This document shows positions 28,456 to 41,804 of a stretch of 64,000 bases of DNA, piece after piece. The notes beneath the pieces are model-generated. The model did not search any database, was not told the origin of the DNA, and saw only the letters and a list, made by a program, of their open reading frames with translations. The stretch comes from Eledone cirrhosa. Its lineage: Eukaryota. The DNA lies in NCBI GenBank assembly GCA_964016885.1, contig OZ024743.1:31496001-31560000 (forward strand). The letters run 5' to 3'. Position numbers and translations under genes: made by a program. The first letter of the stretch is position 1. Every line of letters begins with the position of its first letter.

Positions 28456-28551
28456 ACCCCGACGGCTGAGCTCAAGCCGTTTCGACGGCTAATTCTGGAC
28501 TAAATGAAAATGTTTATCCTGGTACATGAATAGCCGAGCTTCTCAGGGGGT
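28456..28551 (-). ncRNA. Hammerhead-like motif with C3.A8 core and long palindromic stem III
   Basis: Minus strand ACCCC-CTGAGAA-GCTCGGCTA...TAGCCGTC-GAAA-CGGCTTGAGCTCAGCCG-TC-GGGGT. Confidence 0.6.
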
Positions 28552-29571
28552 AATCCATATATGGTAAAAGTGATTGTCACAAGGATTGGTCAAAAGTTTG
28601 TTGTTGAGACACATAATTCTATCATGGCATTTGTGGAAGGAAGGGGTAGCTGAACTTGCCAGTAGAAGAAAGTGGATGAGGGAGGGGAGGAAACCCAGTC
28701 GTGCGTTGAAAGTGACAACTACAGCAGAATCCTAAGGATAAGAGGTCAAGAGGGGGAGGGGGAGGAATTCGAAATAATAAGTAAATCTATATGGAGTAAA
28801 TATATAGAAAAATAAGAATGTTAAAAATATCAAAAAACACAATTTCTGGTTACTATTCCCCTACCACAATCATCAAATCTCTCACTGATACTGCTAAACT
28901 ATAGAAAAGTGTAATAGGTGGGGCGCGATACTAAATACGAGATTGTAGTGAAAGAATTTTATAAGTTAGTAGTAATCGGCCAAATCTATCTTACAATGAC
29001 AGTTCAACAAGTATTTGGCCAAAATACTAAAAAAAAAAAAAAAGTAATATGAAATAATAATTCAGAGTCCCGAAACTAATACGAAATATTAATTCAGAAT
29101 CCCGAAAATGAATACTAATAAGATATATTAGAGTACCGCTACAATACATAAATTCTAATGCAAACTATATAAATGCACGTACGATATATATGAAAAATTT
29201 AATACGAAAAATTAATTCAGTACCCCCCCCCCCCCCCTCCCCCCAAAAAAGAAATACTGATATACTAGAAACTAAAGCAGAGATACCACTAAGAAATCTA
29301 GAAATCACGGAAATGGGGCAGTAATCAGATGAGAAAGCAAGTATCTGGGGTGTAGCACATCTGCTATAAAAAGCGGAGTCGGCCAATTCTATTATAGAAT
29401 AGTGGGTGGAGGTTGGGGTACTGAGGCTACAGAGGAACGAAGAGCTGCCTCGGTGTGGGCGAGAACGTGAAAAGAATGACGACAAAGGAGGAGAACTGGG
29501 GTGGAAGGACTAGGAAGGGATGGGGGAAGAAGGAAATATAGAGGAAACGATAAAAAATATATAAGAAAATC

Positions 29572-31140
29572 TTACGTCAACCTTTGTAAGCAGGGCTTGC
29601 CCATTACAAAGTCGGCAAGTGGGGTGTTACAGCCCTTGTCTAACCCCCCCCCCCCCGGCTCATTATGGGGTTTGAAGGCGAGGTAAATCCTACGCAATCT
29701 GTGTTTGCATGCAGTTACCAGTTCGACTTTCTTGTTTAGGAGTTGGTCCGTCGAAAACAACATTTGTAATGTTTCCTCCGAGCATAAGTTACACGGACGG
29801 CGTCCTCCCGTGTAAGAGTTTGCTCTGGACAGTAAGCTCCAAGTGAGATTATAGGTTATATTGTTATCTTTGAGGTCCCAGATATGGCCCGAAAGTGTAG
29901 TGGCGTGACGCCGGACCGGGTTTCGGAAAGTATGTCTATGTTGGTATAGCCGGGTCTTGAGGTCACAAGCGGTTAATCCTTTATAAGCTTTGTTGGAAGT
30001 GTCCGTCCTCACGTCACACTGGTAGATCACATTACGATCTCTGCATCTGTTGTCGAGGGAGCAAATGGATCCAACCGGACAGTTATACCTCCTGGTCGGC
30101 TCTCCACTGCTATCTAGGTTATTTCTTCCATAGGGGTTGAGTTTTTTGTTGTTAGAGGAGACGATGTTTTGTGCAAAGTTAGGTGTGGTGCTGTAGAACA
30201 GTTTGATGGTATTTTTGTTGATTAATTGTGGTAGCGGTGTTGTAGTGTGAAGTGTTTTTCGATGAGCCTAAAGAAGATTTTCCCGATAGGTGTTGTCACC
30301 TCGGCGTTGTGGGGAGGATTGAACCATGTTACGTTGCGTGAGCGGCGGTGTCGCCTGCTGGTTCCGCTAATGGAAGCTGGACAGTAGGATATTTCCTCCT
30401 GGAAGCCACTCCGCTTGAGGGCCTGGTTGTAATAAGGCGCATGTTCCTCGAATATCTGCTCATTAGCGGACAAATGAGATATGCGGATGGAGATGTTTTT
30501 AACCAGGTTATTGGTGATGTTTCTAGGATGATTTGACCGGCGGTGGATGTAGTGCAGGTTGTCGTTTGGTTTCCTGTATGGGCAGTACAGATCATTATCG
30601 AGGTCAAGGGTAACGTCTAGGAAGTTTAGTCGGGTTAGGGACGTTTGTATGGTTATTTTAAATCCCCAGTCGTGGAAGAAGTTGATTAATTGTTTACGGA
30701 CCCGGTCTGTACTACTGGGGTTGTACCCTTTAAGGGTAAGGAGCCCATCATCACGGTACAATCCACCGCCGAATGCAGGAAACATATCGGTGAGTTTAAC
30801 AAGTAGGAATAATCCTATAAGATATGTGACCTCAGCCGAATCCGTCGCGCCCATACTGACGTCGAAGGGGTAGTCGAGAGCTCTCTTTATCCATTTGGAG
30901 TTGTCGAAAAGTAGGACTCTCTTCCAGGCGTGGAGGATGATATTTCTTTCCTGGTCGGTGTAGGCGCAAGTGTCTCGGCAAAGTCCGAGGCGGCCGTAAG
31001 GAGCGGTAAGGGAGTTGAAGCATAGTAACTCTCTATGTCAAACTGGATGAATTTTGTGTCTCGTTTGTCCTCCATATTGCTGAACCATAAGATTACTTCC
31101 TGGGTGTTGACCCATAGGATAAGACTGGCGTTTAGCTTGA
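29572..31140 (-). pseudogene. PLE-C RT/GIY-YIG polyprotein, frameshifted
   Basis: ORF pieces 30887-31075, 30222-30854 and 29572-30030. Confidence 0.88.
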
Positions 31141-31568
31141 CTAATGTTTCGACTTCCTCCCTCCTCCACTTATTGACCTCTTATCCTTATGATTCTGCTG
31201 TAGTTGTCATTTTCAACGCACGACTGGGTTTCCTCCACTCCCTCTCCCTCTTTCTTCTACTGGAAAGTTCAGCTACCCATTCCTTCCAGAAAATTCCATG
31301 ATATAACTATGACTCTCAACAACAAACTTTTGACCAATCCTTGTGACAATCACTTTTACCATATATGGAATTACCCCCTGAGAATCTCGGCTATTCATGT
31401 ACAAGGATAAACATGTTCATTTAGTCCAGAATTAGCCGTCGAAACATATATATGTATATGTATATATTATGTATATATATGTATATATTACCCACTCTAC
31501 TACCCTAACTATTGAGTATTTTGGTGCGTTATGGTCCATCTGGTTCCTTGCCACATTTCCTTCGTTAT

Positions 31569-31606
31569 ATATATATATATATATATATTTGTGTATATAT
31601 ATATAA

Positions 31607-31697
<91 letters not shown>

Positions 31698-31796
31698 TAT
31701 ATATATATATATAAGTATATATATATATATATAAGTATATATATATATATATATATAAGTACATATATATATATAAGTACATATATATATATATAA

Positions 31797-31860
<64 letters not shown>

Positions 31861-31947
31861 GTATATATAAGTATATATATATATAAGTATATATATATAT
31901 ATGTATATGTTTATATATATATACATATATAAGTTAACATATATAAG

Positions 31948-32014
<67 letters not shown>

Positions 32015-32036
32015 ATGTATATATATATATATATAT
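31569..32036. repeat. (TA)n microsatellite with TAAG interruptions
   Basis: Directly visible. Confidence 0.95.
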
Positions 32037-32158
32037 GACGAAGGAAATGTGGTAAGGAACCAGGTGGACCATAACTCTCAAAGTACTCAATACTTAGGGT
32101 AGTAGAGTGGGTAATAGGAACAAGTAGGACCCCGACGGCGGGGTCCTACTTGTTCCTT
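32037..32158 (-). repeat. PLE-C-family pseudo-LTR terminal fragment with small fold-back
   Basis: Matches the reverse complement of 6540-6641 and 31490-31568. GGAACAAGTAGGACCCCG..CGGGGTCCTACTTGTTCC hairpin. Further fragments at 7991-8080 and 45912-45991. Confidence 0.75.
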
Positions 32159-32197
32159 GTATATATATATATATATATATACATATACATACATATA

Positions 32198-32236
<39 letters not shown>

Positions 32237-32388
32237 TAAAATAACAGATTAAAGTTTAAGCAAAGAATCGCTGCTTCCACCCTTATCGAGCCTTCTTTGG
32301 ATTTTAGTCTTCAAATCTATTACTATTATTATTACTATATATATATATATATGTATATGTATATATATATACATATATATACATTTAA

Positions 32389-32464
<76 letters not shown>

Positions 32465-33711
32465 GTTGTATCCTCATTAAAACCCTGTAACTCATTGCAA
32501 CAGCCAGAGTTAGATAGTAGAGTTGATCCTTTATCCTGTAGAAATGTTCATTTTATCATTACCCCTTTTAACATGTATATTCCTCAGAATACAACTTTAC
32601 TTTGAAGAATTATATCCAAGAAATATACATAGAAATATATTCTGCTTCTGTGGATACTGTCAATGTTGAATGTAAATCAGAGATACTTTTAATTTGATAT
32701 GACAACATAATTATTTGGTCAGTGCATAACATAGATAGATCCGTTATCATGTTGTACAGTTGCCATTATCGCATCATTTCTACGTGCAAACGCCATCAAT
32801 GACTATTTAATTTCTCTTTGAAGGGAACAATTTTCAGTATGTGGAAACGTATCAATACGGAGGTAATTGCTTTTTTATGTATTGCATCAAGGAAATGAAC
32901 ATCGACTAGGAGCAATATAGAAAAAATAAAATATGTAATTTATTCAGTCTGTTCATCAAGAGCTGGCTTGTATCTGTTACGTGTTCGTTCATCTCACTAG
33001 AAATGAAAATAATTTTTTGATAAACACATTCTACTATCTTGTAATATAGTCTTTGATGTACAGACAGAAGACAGCTATGTAGAACAATTATGAATGCAAC
33101 ATATATAACTCGAAAATATTCTGCTTCTGTAGATGCAATCAATGATGAACGTGCTGTACATCATTCTGATACATGGCACTGACTACAAAAACAGAACAAC
33201 ACTTCATTACCTTAATATATTTAGGTAGCCTGTATAAAATAATTATGGACCCATGTATTGCATTTAACTCGCTGTAAAGTAGCATATGGTAATATCGTTT
33301 AGCGAAAGCCTTACAAATTCTGCATAGTTTTCTGATAATTGATATACTCTTAGGAAATAATTATGAAAATGGTATTCTGCTATGCACTGCATTAGATATT
33401 TCAAAGGGTTACTGATTATTAAGAATATTTCATATTTTCATAAGTAGGAATTCGGATGAGAAAAGAGCATGTTTTCCCTTAAATAAAAATAATAATTTCC
33501 GGTTTTACATTTGTTCTTATATTGCGCATGTATATGACACTCAATATTTGCTGCATCCCTTCAATGTAATAGGTTTCATAGACTGGACGTTCTGGGAACA
33601 ACTGAAAATGGCCGGCATCGTTTTAAAACAACATATCCAAAATTTAGGCAATTCATTGGATTACAATTGGGATTTTCTTTAATGCGTTTAAGACTAGGCA
33701 TTATGCTACTA

Positions 33712-34980
33712 TATGACATGTCTCAGAAACGAAACAGGGCAGAGTTATAAAAAAAGAAACATGTTTTAAATCTTAACTACAACCTACAAATGTTCTCCTT
33801 TTAAATAACCTCCCTTGAGTCTAATTCACTTTCCCATGCTTTTCGCACACGGCACCGTGGAAGCCTGGAAGGATTTTTCTGGAATTCTCCGGAGCTCTTT
33901 CGTCACTGCCCTCTTGATTGCTTTCACTTACAGAAAACGGCTCCTATCGACGTTCCATTATTCATCACTAGCAGAAAACTACCCTAAACATCATATCGGC
34001 ATGCGTGTAGATATGATATATCAAATAAAATCGTAATTGACAATATACACAGCAATTGAAAGAAGACTTCGTTACACTGTCTTATGTAATCAGTAACGTA
34101 ATCCATGATACATTAAAAAAAGATGATATCATATATAAAATACATTAGGAGAAAATTAGACACGGAAATATATGAATGTTTATTTAAGCGATCGCTAACC
34201 GGAAGTGTTGACATTTGAAAATGTTAAAGGAGTGAATCTTAAAATAAGCAACAAAATTATTTATATTTAATCAATAATAAGGAAATTTAGTACATAAATA
34301 TATATTCTGGAAGCAGTCCCGCACTCCTTACTTTATTATAGTTTAGATTGATGATGATTCTCCTGCGAAATCTGGTTTTGTTTCAAGACGTTTGAGGATA
34401 TCCCGACCCACATGCATACGCCGTTCCTTCAGATTATCGTTCAGCAGCTTCTGCACCATCTTTGCATAGATCTTCTACATCACCTTCGGGGATAATCTTC
34501 CACACGCGGTTCGTGCCCAATTCACGTGCAATCAGTCGAACACTGAGCCAATGAATGCAAGGCATCATCAGCATCACGCGCTCAATGTTGGCCTCAAACT
34601 TGTTCGTTGATGTCTTTCTGCTCATGGGGTCGTCATCAACTTCATCGCAACCCTTTTTGAAACGTTTGTTCCACTCGAAAACTCATGACACCATCTTATC
34701 TCTGTACACTTGTTGCAGTATTCCGAGTGATTATAACGGAGTTTTCCACAACCGGACCAGCGACTTCAGATTGAATAATTGCTCTCTGCTCATCGCTTGA
34801 TGGCCTAAATTTGAGGAGCTAAAAGCACATGAAAAAACATGCAATGGCAGCAGACAGTTGCGATCGCAGCTATATACTCCACTGATATTATGCTAAAGGG
34901 TAATGCAACCCACTGATATCTACTCCACTCATAGTTCACACAGAATCCTAGTTATTGTTATTTTTCTGACACACCTCATA
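33712..34980 (-). mobile_element. Decayed mariner (Tc1/mariner) DNA transposon
   Basis: N-terminal HTH MSREQLFNLKSLVRL..LQQVY..VFEWNKRFK..DD from 34793 downward. C-terminal AIKRAVTKELRRIPEKSFQ..IRLKGGY at about 33790-33950. Imperfect TA-flanked TIRs at 33712 and 34980. Confidence 0.8.
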
Positions 34981-35949
34981 TCATGGTATTAGCTGTGAAT
35001 ATAGTTGGGAAGATGAAACATTGTCGAGTGTAGTAAACTTGCTGCTAATAGTTTGATTCGATCACGGATTCTTCACTACTTCTAATGATACTTTCGCTAA
35101 TTTTCTGTTTATGTATGTGCAATGTCAAAACAAATATTAATAACGTGTATAATATTTGAATAATCGTTTCCGATTAATTTCAAGAGCTTCTTGACAGGAA
35201 AGATAGATTTTTCAGTAAAAAGAAAATTTGATTGTGTTCCTATCAATATATGTAAATGTAATAACAAATATTTAGCGACAAATATCTGACAGAAGTTAAA
35301 TATAAACGCAATAAAATATTAAATATGCGGAAACCGACTTTCTGGCCTTTTCTAGTCTTCTAGACACTTGTAATAAAGTTTTCCTTATAACAGTTTAGCC
35401 TAACAATTGTTAATGTAACAAACCAAAGATGTAAAGAAAAAACCAATAGTATGAAAGTGCTAGTCTCAAACAGCCTATAATTTTCTCTAATTTCCGTTCT
35501 CCTTAACATATTTTCATCTGCCAAGTTTTCGTTTCAATTTTCGTCAAATATTATGGTTTGATGCTGTTATTAATATCTTTTGAACTATTGGCGGTGATAT
35601 TTCATTTTGTGCTAAAAGAAAATCTTTAAGGAAATAATATAGAATAAATTGTAAAGTGTTTCTCCAATCAAAGGCAGTTAACTTTCTATTCGTCTCTCGA
35701 TATATTGATTGCAATCAATAGTGATGTATTTTATATTTTTTTTATTTGTGTATGTGAATGTTACATCCAAAAACAGTAACGGGAAAATAATCTAAAATAT
35801 TGACACTGATGTCAAACGTGATGATAATTACATAAGAAAACAAATTTTAGAAATGCCTTTTCCCTTTCTCTTCCTCTCTGACTCTCCCTCTCTCTCACTC
35901 TCTCTCTCTATATCTATCTATCGCTCCCTATATGTACACACACATATAC

Positions 35950-36195
<246 letters not shown>

Positions 36196-37844
36196 ATGCT
36201 TACACACTCACACATATATATATGGGATGAAATCTATACTCGGAATATATTTTTTGAATAATTTGCTGGACAATTTACACTGTAGTGGTGCAGTTTAGTT
36301 TAGGATATAAGAGAAGCGGGATATAAAAATGTATATTTTACAATTGATTCTCAATATTTCTATATTGAGATATTATTTCTGATATTTGTTATCCAGACGA
36401 AAATGACTGCCATTAAACGACGCATGAAACTAAAAGCAAATCAAGCGTACATGGTTGTGTTAAATATTTCTACACTTCCCAATACTTGTTTTGTTTATGA
36501 ATTTAGTTTTATACATGTTTTAACTTTACTACTAATTTATTGATATATCAATTGTTGTTAATGTATTGTCGCCCTTTCCTCTCCGAATGTATCTTTCTAA
36601 TGTTTAGTTTACACTTCAATTATTTCAATTTACCAACACAATAAAAGGTGTACAGTACATAAAAGCTTGTGACTACAAATAAAATAGTGAGTTTAGTTCA
36701 CAAGAATACGGTTAACGTTTTGTATCTTGTCTAAGAAATAAAGTACTCGAAAATTAAACATTAAATGTGAATTTCATTATATAAAGTAATTCAACGTAGG
36801 ATAATTTCTAATATAGATAACATGGCAGAGCTATATGTAATATTATATACACCATAAGTAGTTTGTATTCTAAAGCAATGCATATTTTCTGATACATATT
36901 TGTATGAATATATTCAATATATTTATAGATATATAGAATTGATTTATTTCCTTCTAAAAGGTCTGGTATAAAATTAACTGGCTCCAATTAGAGATGATAC
37001 TTGGCATACTTTTACGTATAATATATAGCAATTTGTAGGAATTGTTAAAACAGCTAACAATCAGCCAGTTGCTTATGATGAAAAGGAGGGATATAACTAC
37101 TATAACTATCATTAGTTCTAGATATAATCGTTATAACATTGGAAATATTCAAAATATCAATAAATAAACAGAGATATTTATTCATATTTTCTTAGCGTAT
37201 CTATTTGTTGAGCTAGTTTTCAATGACTTTGTAAAGGATATGTTTATAATGTTAGAGAAATACAGGCATTTTAAAGAGCATTCCTTTTGAGTTGAGTGTG
37301 CAAAGAATCAAGAAGTGATACAGCCATATTTTTCCAAATACATTGACATATTACAATTTATGCTAGAAGATATAGCCAAACTCAGCTTCGCGGAATACGG
37401 AAACTTCTTTTGAGGTTTCTCAAGTTCTTCTGCGCTAATATCACATTGCACATGCATGATAGCTGCCTTTTCTATAGTCGAACTGAATGATAGAAATTAA
37501 GTAAATCTAATTTAACCAAGTGTTAAAATAAGAGTCACGCCTTCATTAAAACTCGTTCAACAATAACCGCTGTAAGCTAAGTTTGTCTCTCTACGGGTTC
37601 ACAATGAATAAAATAACAAGAGGATGAAATATTGAAATATGCACATGCTAATTTTAACAACAGCTGACTTATTCAGACCTGATCTGAATCTAAACCACAA
37701 TAACAATGTCAATGTGACGTATACTCAAATTATTCTATAAAATGATGTGTGTATCCTTTCTGAACAAGAGCTAAATGCTGAAACAAAATGGAAACTATGT
37801 GTAAGAAACATTATTACAACATGGCTATAATAATGTTTCTTACA

Positions 37845-38020
37845 AGGATGAAAGGCAAAGTTAACTTCGTCGGGATTTGAACTCATGCCCATCTACGGTC
37901 TGAGTTCAAATCCCGCCGAGGTTAACTTTGCGTTTCATTTTTACGGGGTCGATAAAATAAAGTACCAGTAATGCACTGGCTTAATTGCTGCCATTATGCC
38001 AAAAGTAGAAACAATTATTA
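37845..38020 (+). mobile_element. tRNA-derived SINE, 5'-truncated with short inversion
   Basis: B-box GAGTTCAAATCC and body GAGGTTAACTTTGC..GGGGTCGATAAAATAAAGTACCAG. 37845-37886 is an inverted duplicate. Confidence 0.8.
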
Positions 38021-38348
38021 CAACATGACTGTGGTGGTACCTTATTCTCATATTAGAGAATTAGTCAAGGGATGAGCGCCACTGTTGATATAATCTCCGT
38101 AGAGAAACACCTGATAAAGTATAATCCTTCAGAGATTAGACTCTGAAAGCGGGATGTGAGAAAATAGGAATCCATGGGTAATATCAGCATGTTTAAAAAC
38201 GAATCCAAGTCGCTGGAGACATCAAAGGCAAAAGTTATATGTATATGTATATATATATATATATTTAGCTTACCCACAGTGAAACAATAAGTAATTAAAT
38301 ATGTATATGATGCAATGCACTACTGATGCTTTCTTCCTTTATATAATA

Positions 38349-38525
38349 ATGGTTTCTACTTTAGGCACAAGGCCAGCAATTACCAGTACATTACTGGTAC
38401 TTTGTTTTATCGACCCCGTAAGGATGAAAGGCAAAGTTAACCTCGGCAGAATTTGAACTCAGATCGTAAAGGGACGTAACTATGCTGGAAAGCATGTCCG
38501 ACTCTCTACCGATACTGCCAATTCA
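38349..38525 (-). mobile_element. tRNA-derived SINE
   Basis: Reverse complement of the 46432 and 54093 family. Confidence 0.85.
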
Positions 38526-38771
38526 ATAATATTATATATATATATATATTTCGTTTCTGAATTTGTTTAGCAAGATTCTTTATCTGAAATCGTGTGTTGA
38601 AACCGATATTGTTATACTTTGGGAGGGTCATGTTGTCAATAAGAAACACACGCACCAGCTGCTTTCACTTCAATTTATTATATATTTATAAATTTACAAA
38701 TTTACAAATCTACAAACTTATAAATTTCTGGTTGGTTGGTTGGTTCCACAACCAGATAGTTGTTTATATAT

Positions 38772-38816
38772 AGTCATAGTCCTTTCGTCACACACTCTGT
38801 GACCTCTTCAGTGACT
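38772..38816 (-). ncRNA. Hammerhead ribozyme (left palindrome arm)
   Basis: Reverse complement of 38933-38977. Confidence 0.7.
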
Positions 38817-38932
38817 GGGGATTCCTTTCTTTGTTTCTGTGCCTTTCTGCTGTCCTACGCCACTTTGTTTCTGAAACAAAATGGCGTAGGACAGAAGAAA
38901 GGAAAGGCACAGAAACAAAGAAAGGAATCCCC

Positions 38933-38977
38933 AGTCACTGAAGAGGTCACAGAGTGTGTGACGAAAGGACTATGACT
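38933..38977 (+). ncRNA. Minimal type I hammerhead ribozyme
   Basis: AGTCA-CTGAAGA-GGTCACAGAGTGTGTGAC-GAAA-GGAC-TA-TGACT. The copy at 40225-40268 has GAAA>AAAA. Confidence 0.72.
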
Positions 38978-39135
38978 ATATATAAACAACTATCTGGTTG
39001 TGGAACCAACCAACCAACCAGAAATTTATAAGTTTGTAGATTTGTAAATTTGTAAATTTATAAATATATAATAAATTGAAGTGAAAGCAAATGGTGCGTG
39101 TGTTTCTTATTGGCAACATGACCCTCCCAAAGTAT

Positions 39136-39182
<47 letters not shown>

Positions 39183-40491
39183 GATAAATCTACCAATAGA
39201 TTACGGTAGTATATATATATTTTATATATACACACATACACATATACATATATATTATATAAACAAAATAACATTATATTTACGTATTTAAAGGAAAATA
39301 ATAATTTGAGTAGGAATGTATATTATGCAAATATAATATTATCACATACACACACACACACATACATACACACACGCATATATATATATATGAACAAAAT
39401 AATATTATATTTACATATCTAAAACAATATAATCATTTGAGCAGTTAACTGTTCCCCATCGACACGTAGATTGAGGCAATGAATAATCTGAGATCAAAGG
39501 ACTAAGTGGCTTTTAGTCACTTATCAAATGACTTTATCAACAAATTATCAGCATTATAGAAACTGATGGTCAATATTTTATTAAGTCTGAGAAAAGAAAT
39601 GAAACATAACATACGTATTTGATTAAAATCAATGGTAAATTAACATTAATTGACTATCAGAGAGAGTTGTCAAAAAGGTAAAGATCTTGAGAAAATGTAC
39701 ATTCGAAGTTCAATAAGATACGTAGTTTCCCTTTAGAATTAATGGTATGACTGGACTAGAAACTGTGAATCTAACATTATTGAAAAGCCTGAAGTAATAT
39801 ATATGAGTGTGAATGTTATGAGTACACACGCAGACATAGACACATTTATTTACATGCTTACATTCAAACATACACACAAACATACCCATATATATATATA
39901 TATATGCATATATATATATATATATATATGACGCAATGTTTAGACAAATCACAGAGGCAATAAACATAAATGAACTCCAACCAAAATTAAATAGAAAACA
40001 TGAATGGAATAGCAACATCACAACTTACAATTAAGGACAAAATGAAAACACACACACACACAGAACAAACAACCAACCAGTAACGTGTAAATAAACAAAT
40101 AAATAAACAAATATAAACACACACAGACACCCGGATGTAACACACGCGCAAACTAAGCACACAAAAAAAACAAGATTGGGTAGGAGAGAACAAAGGAGAG
40201 GCACAAACAAAGAAAATAATTCCCAGTCACTGAAGAGGTCACAGAATGTGTGACAAAAGAACTATGACAATATATGAACAATCGTCTGGTTGTGGAACCA
40301 ACCAACCAACCGGAAATTAAAAACTTCCTAAATTTATGAATTTAATTTATAATAAATTGAAGTGAAAGCAACTGCTGCGTGTGTATCTTATTGGCAACAT
40401 GACCCTCCCAAAGTATAACAATATATATAACAATATCGGTTTTAATACACGTTTTCAGATAAAGAATCTTGCTAAACAAATTCAGAAACGA

Positions 40492-40523
<32 letters not shown>

Positions 40524-40563
40524 TATATATATATCATGTTCAAAAGATAATAACCGTTGAACA

Positions 40564-40606
<43 letters not shown>

Positions 40607-40615
40607 ATATATATA

Positions 40616-40737
<122 letters not shown>

Positions 40738-40793
40738 ATATATATATATATATATAGAAAGATTTGAATGGATACAGTTTAGTTGAAAGGAAT

Positions 40794-40913
40794 TTATTGA
40801 CACGTGTTTCTATAACAGTTACATAACCTAAAACAGCTGCTATCTACAAACTTTTAGTTATGCAGACATTCAATATTTCAATGTTATTATTTACTGTCAT
40901 TTCATCAGAATAA
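40794..40913 (-). ncRNA. Hammerhead ribozyme (PLE-D 3' pLTR)
   Basis: Reverse complement of the 45379-45498 motif. Confidence 0.78.
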
Positions 40914-41472
40914 TATTACTGAGGACCTATTTAGTTTTTATAGAGAATATTAGGAGGGAGGGGTGAAGTTGTTAGAGGAATAGTTGAAGGAGTGGTTTTT
41001 CGATAGCAGTGAGAATTCTTGGTGGCAGTGAGTAATTAGATTCCCATCTGTTGTTTTGACATTTTTTATAGAATACATTATTGGTTATTTTTCTAAATCT
41101 ATAGAAGGATTAGAGATAGTAAAGATATGCGTGGTTGGTTTTGTGTTTGCACTTAATTAACATTCAGACTTAAATTTCTTTTCTTTCAAGTGTACGTATC
41201 CTTTCACCCACGCATTCACAAACAAATATATTTGCACACCTCTACAAAATACATATACTCACAATTCACATATTCATACTTACATATATATACACATGCA
41301 TACACATATATATACACACATGTATTCATGTACATACATACGCGCTCATGTGTATACATTTTCATACTCAACTTATCTTTATATACACACGTATAGACAC
41401 ACACATATATACATACATACTCTAGTCCATGTGTACACACATACACATACATACACATCTATATACACATAT

Positions 41473-41535
<63 letters not shown>

Positions 41536-41804
41536 AGCACTTTAATACATGAATACACTTACATCTAACTATACACATCAAACATATATATATATTTACT
41601 TATTTATATACATTTTCACATATATATACATACTTATGGACGTTTTTAGACACATTCATTATCGCATATTTGCACCTATTCTCATCAGCATATCTTTCCA
41701 TTATTAGTGTGGTAATTTAAGGTTATTAATATATGTTGAGAAGAGATTGTTTTTATATTTTTCTAACTAGATTAAGGTTTATATAGTTGGGGGATGTCCC
41801 TCTT

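Larger units (their letters stand above)
28442..31568 (-). mobile_element. Penelope-like element PLE-C (Naiad-type), 5'-truncated with inverted pseudo-LTR
   Basis: Motifs FIQFDIESYY, MGATDSAE, GGLYRDDGL, NFLDVTL, SNHP, WFNPP, IYQC..YKG and CNLC. About 31150-31445 is a diverged reverse complement of 28479-28772. Confidence 0.92.
38545..39141. repeat. Near-perfect palindrome of an HHR-bearing repeat
   Basis: Arms about 38609-38870 and 38873-39141 with almost no spacer. A third, diverged copy lies at about 40140-40495. Confidence 0.9.

Noticed and set aside
32824-32862. 39-nt AG..GT bounded mini-exon candidate
   Set aside because: Splice-like signals alone are common and the peptide is uninformative.
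41635-41692. Second CTGATGA in the PLE-D pLTR with TATG/CATA stem I and AAAACGTC
   Set aside because: G12 is missing and there is no convincing stem II. At most a relic.
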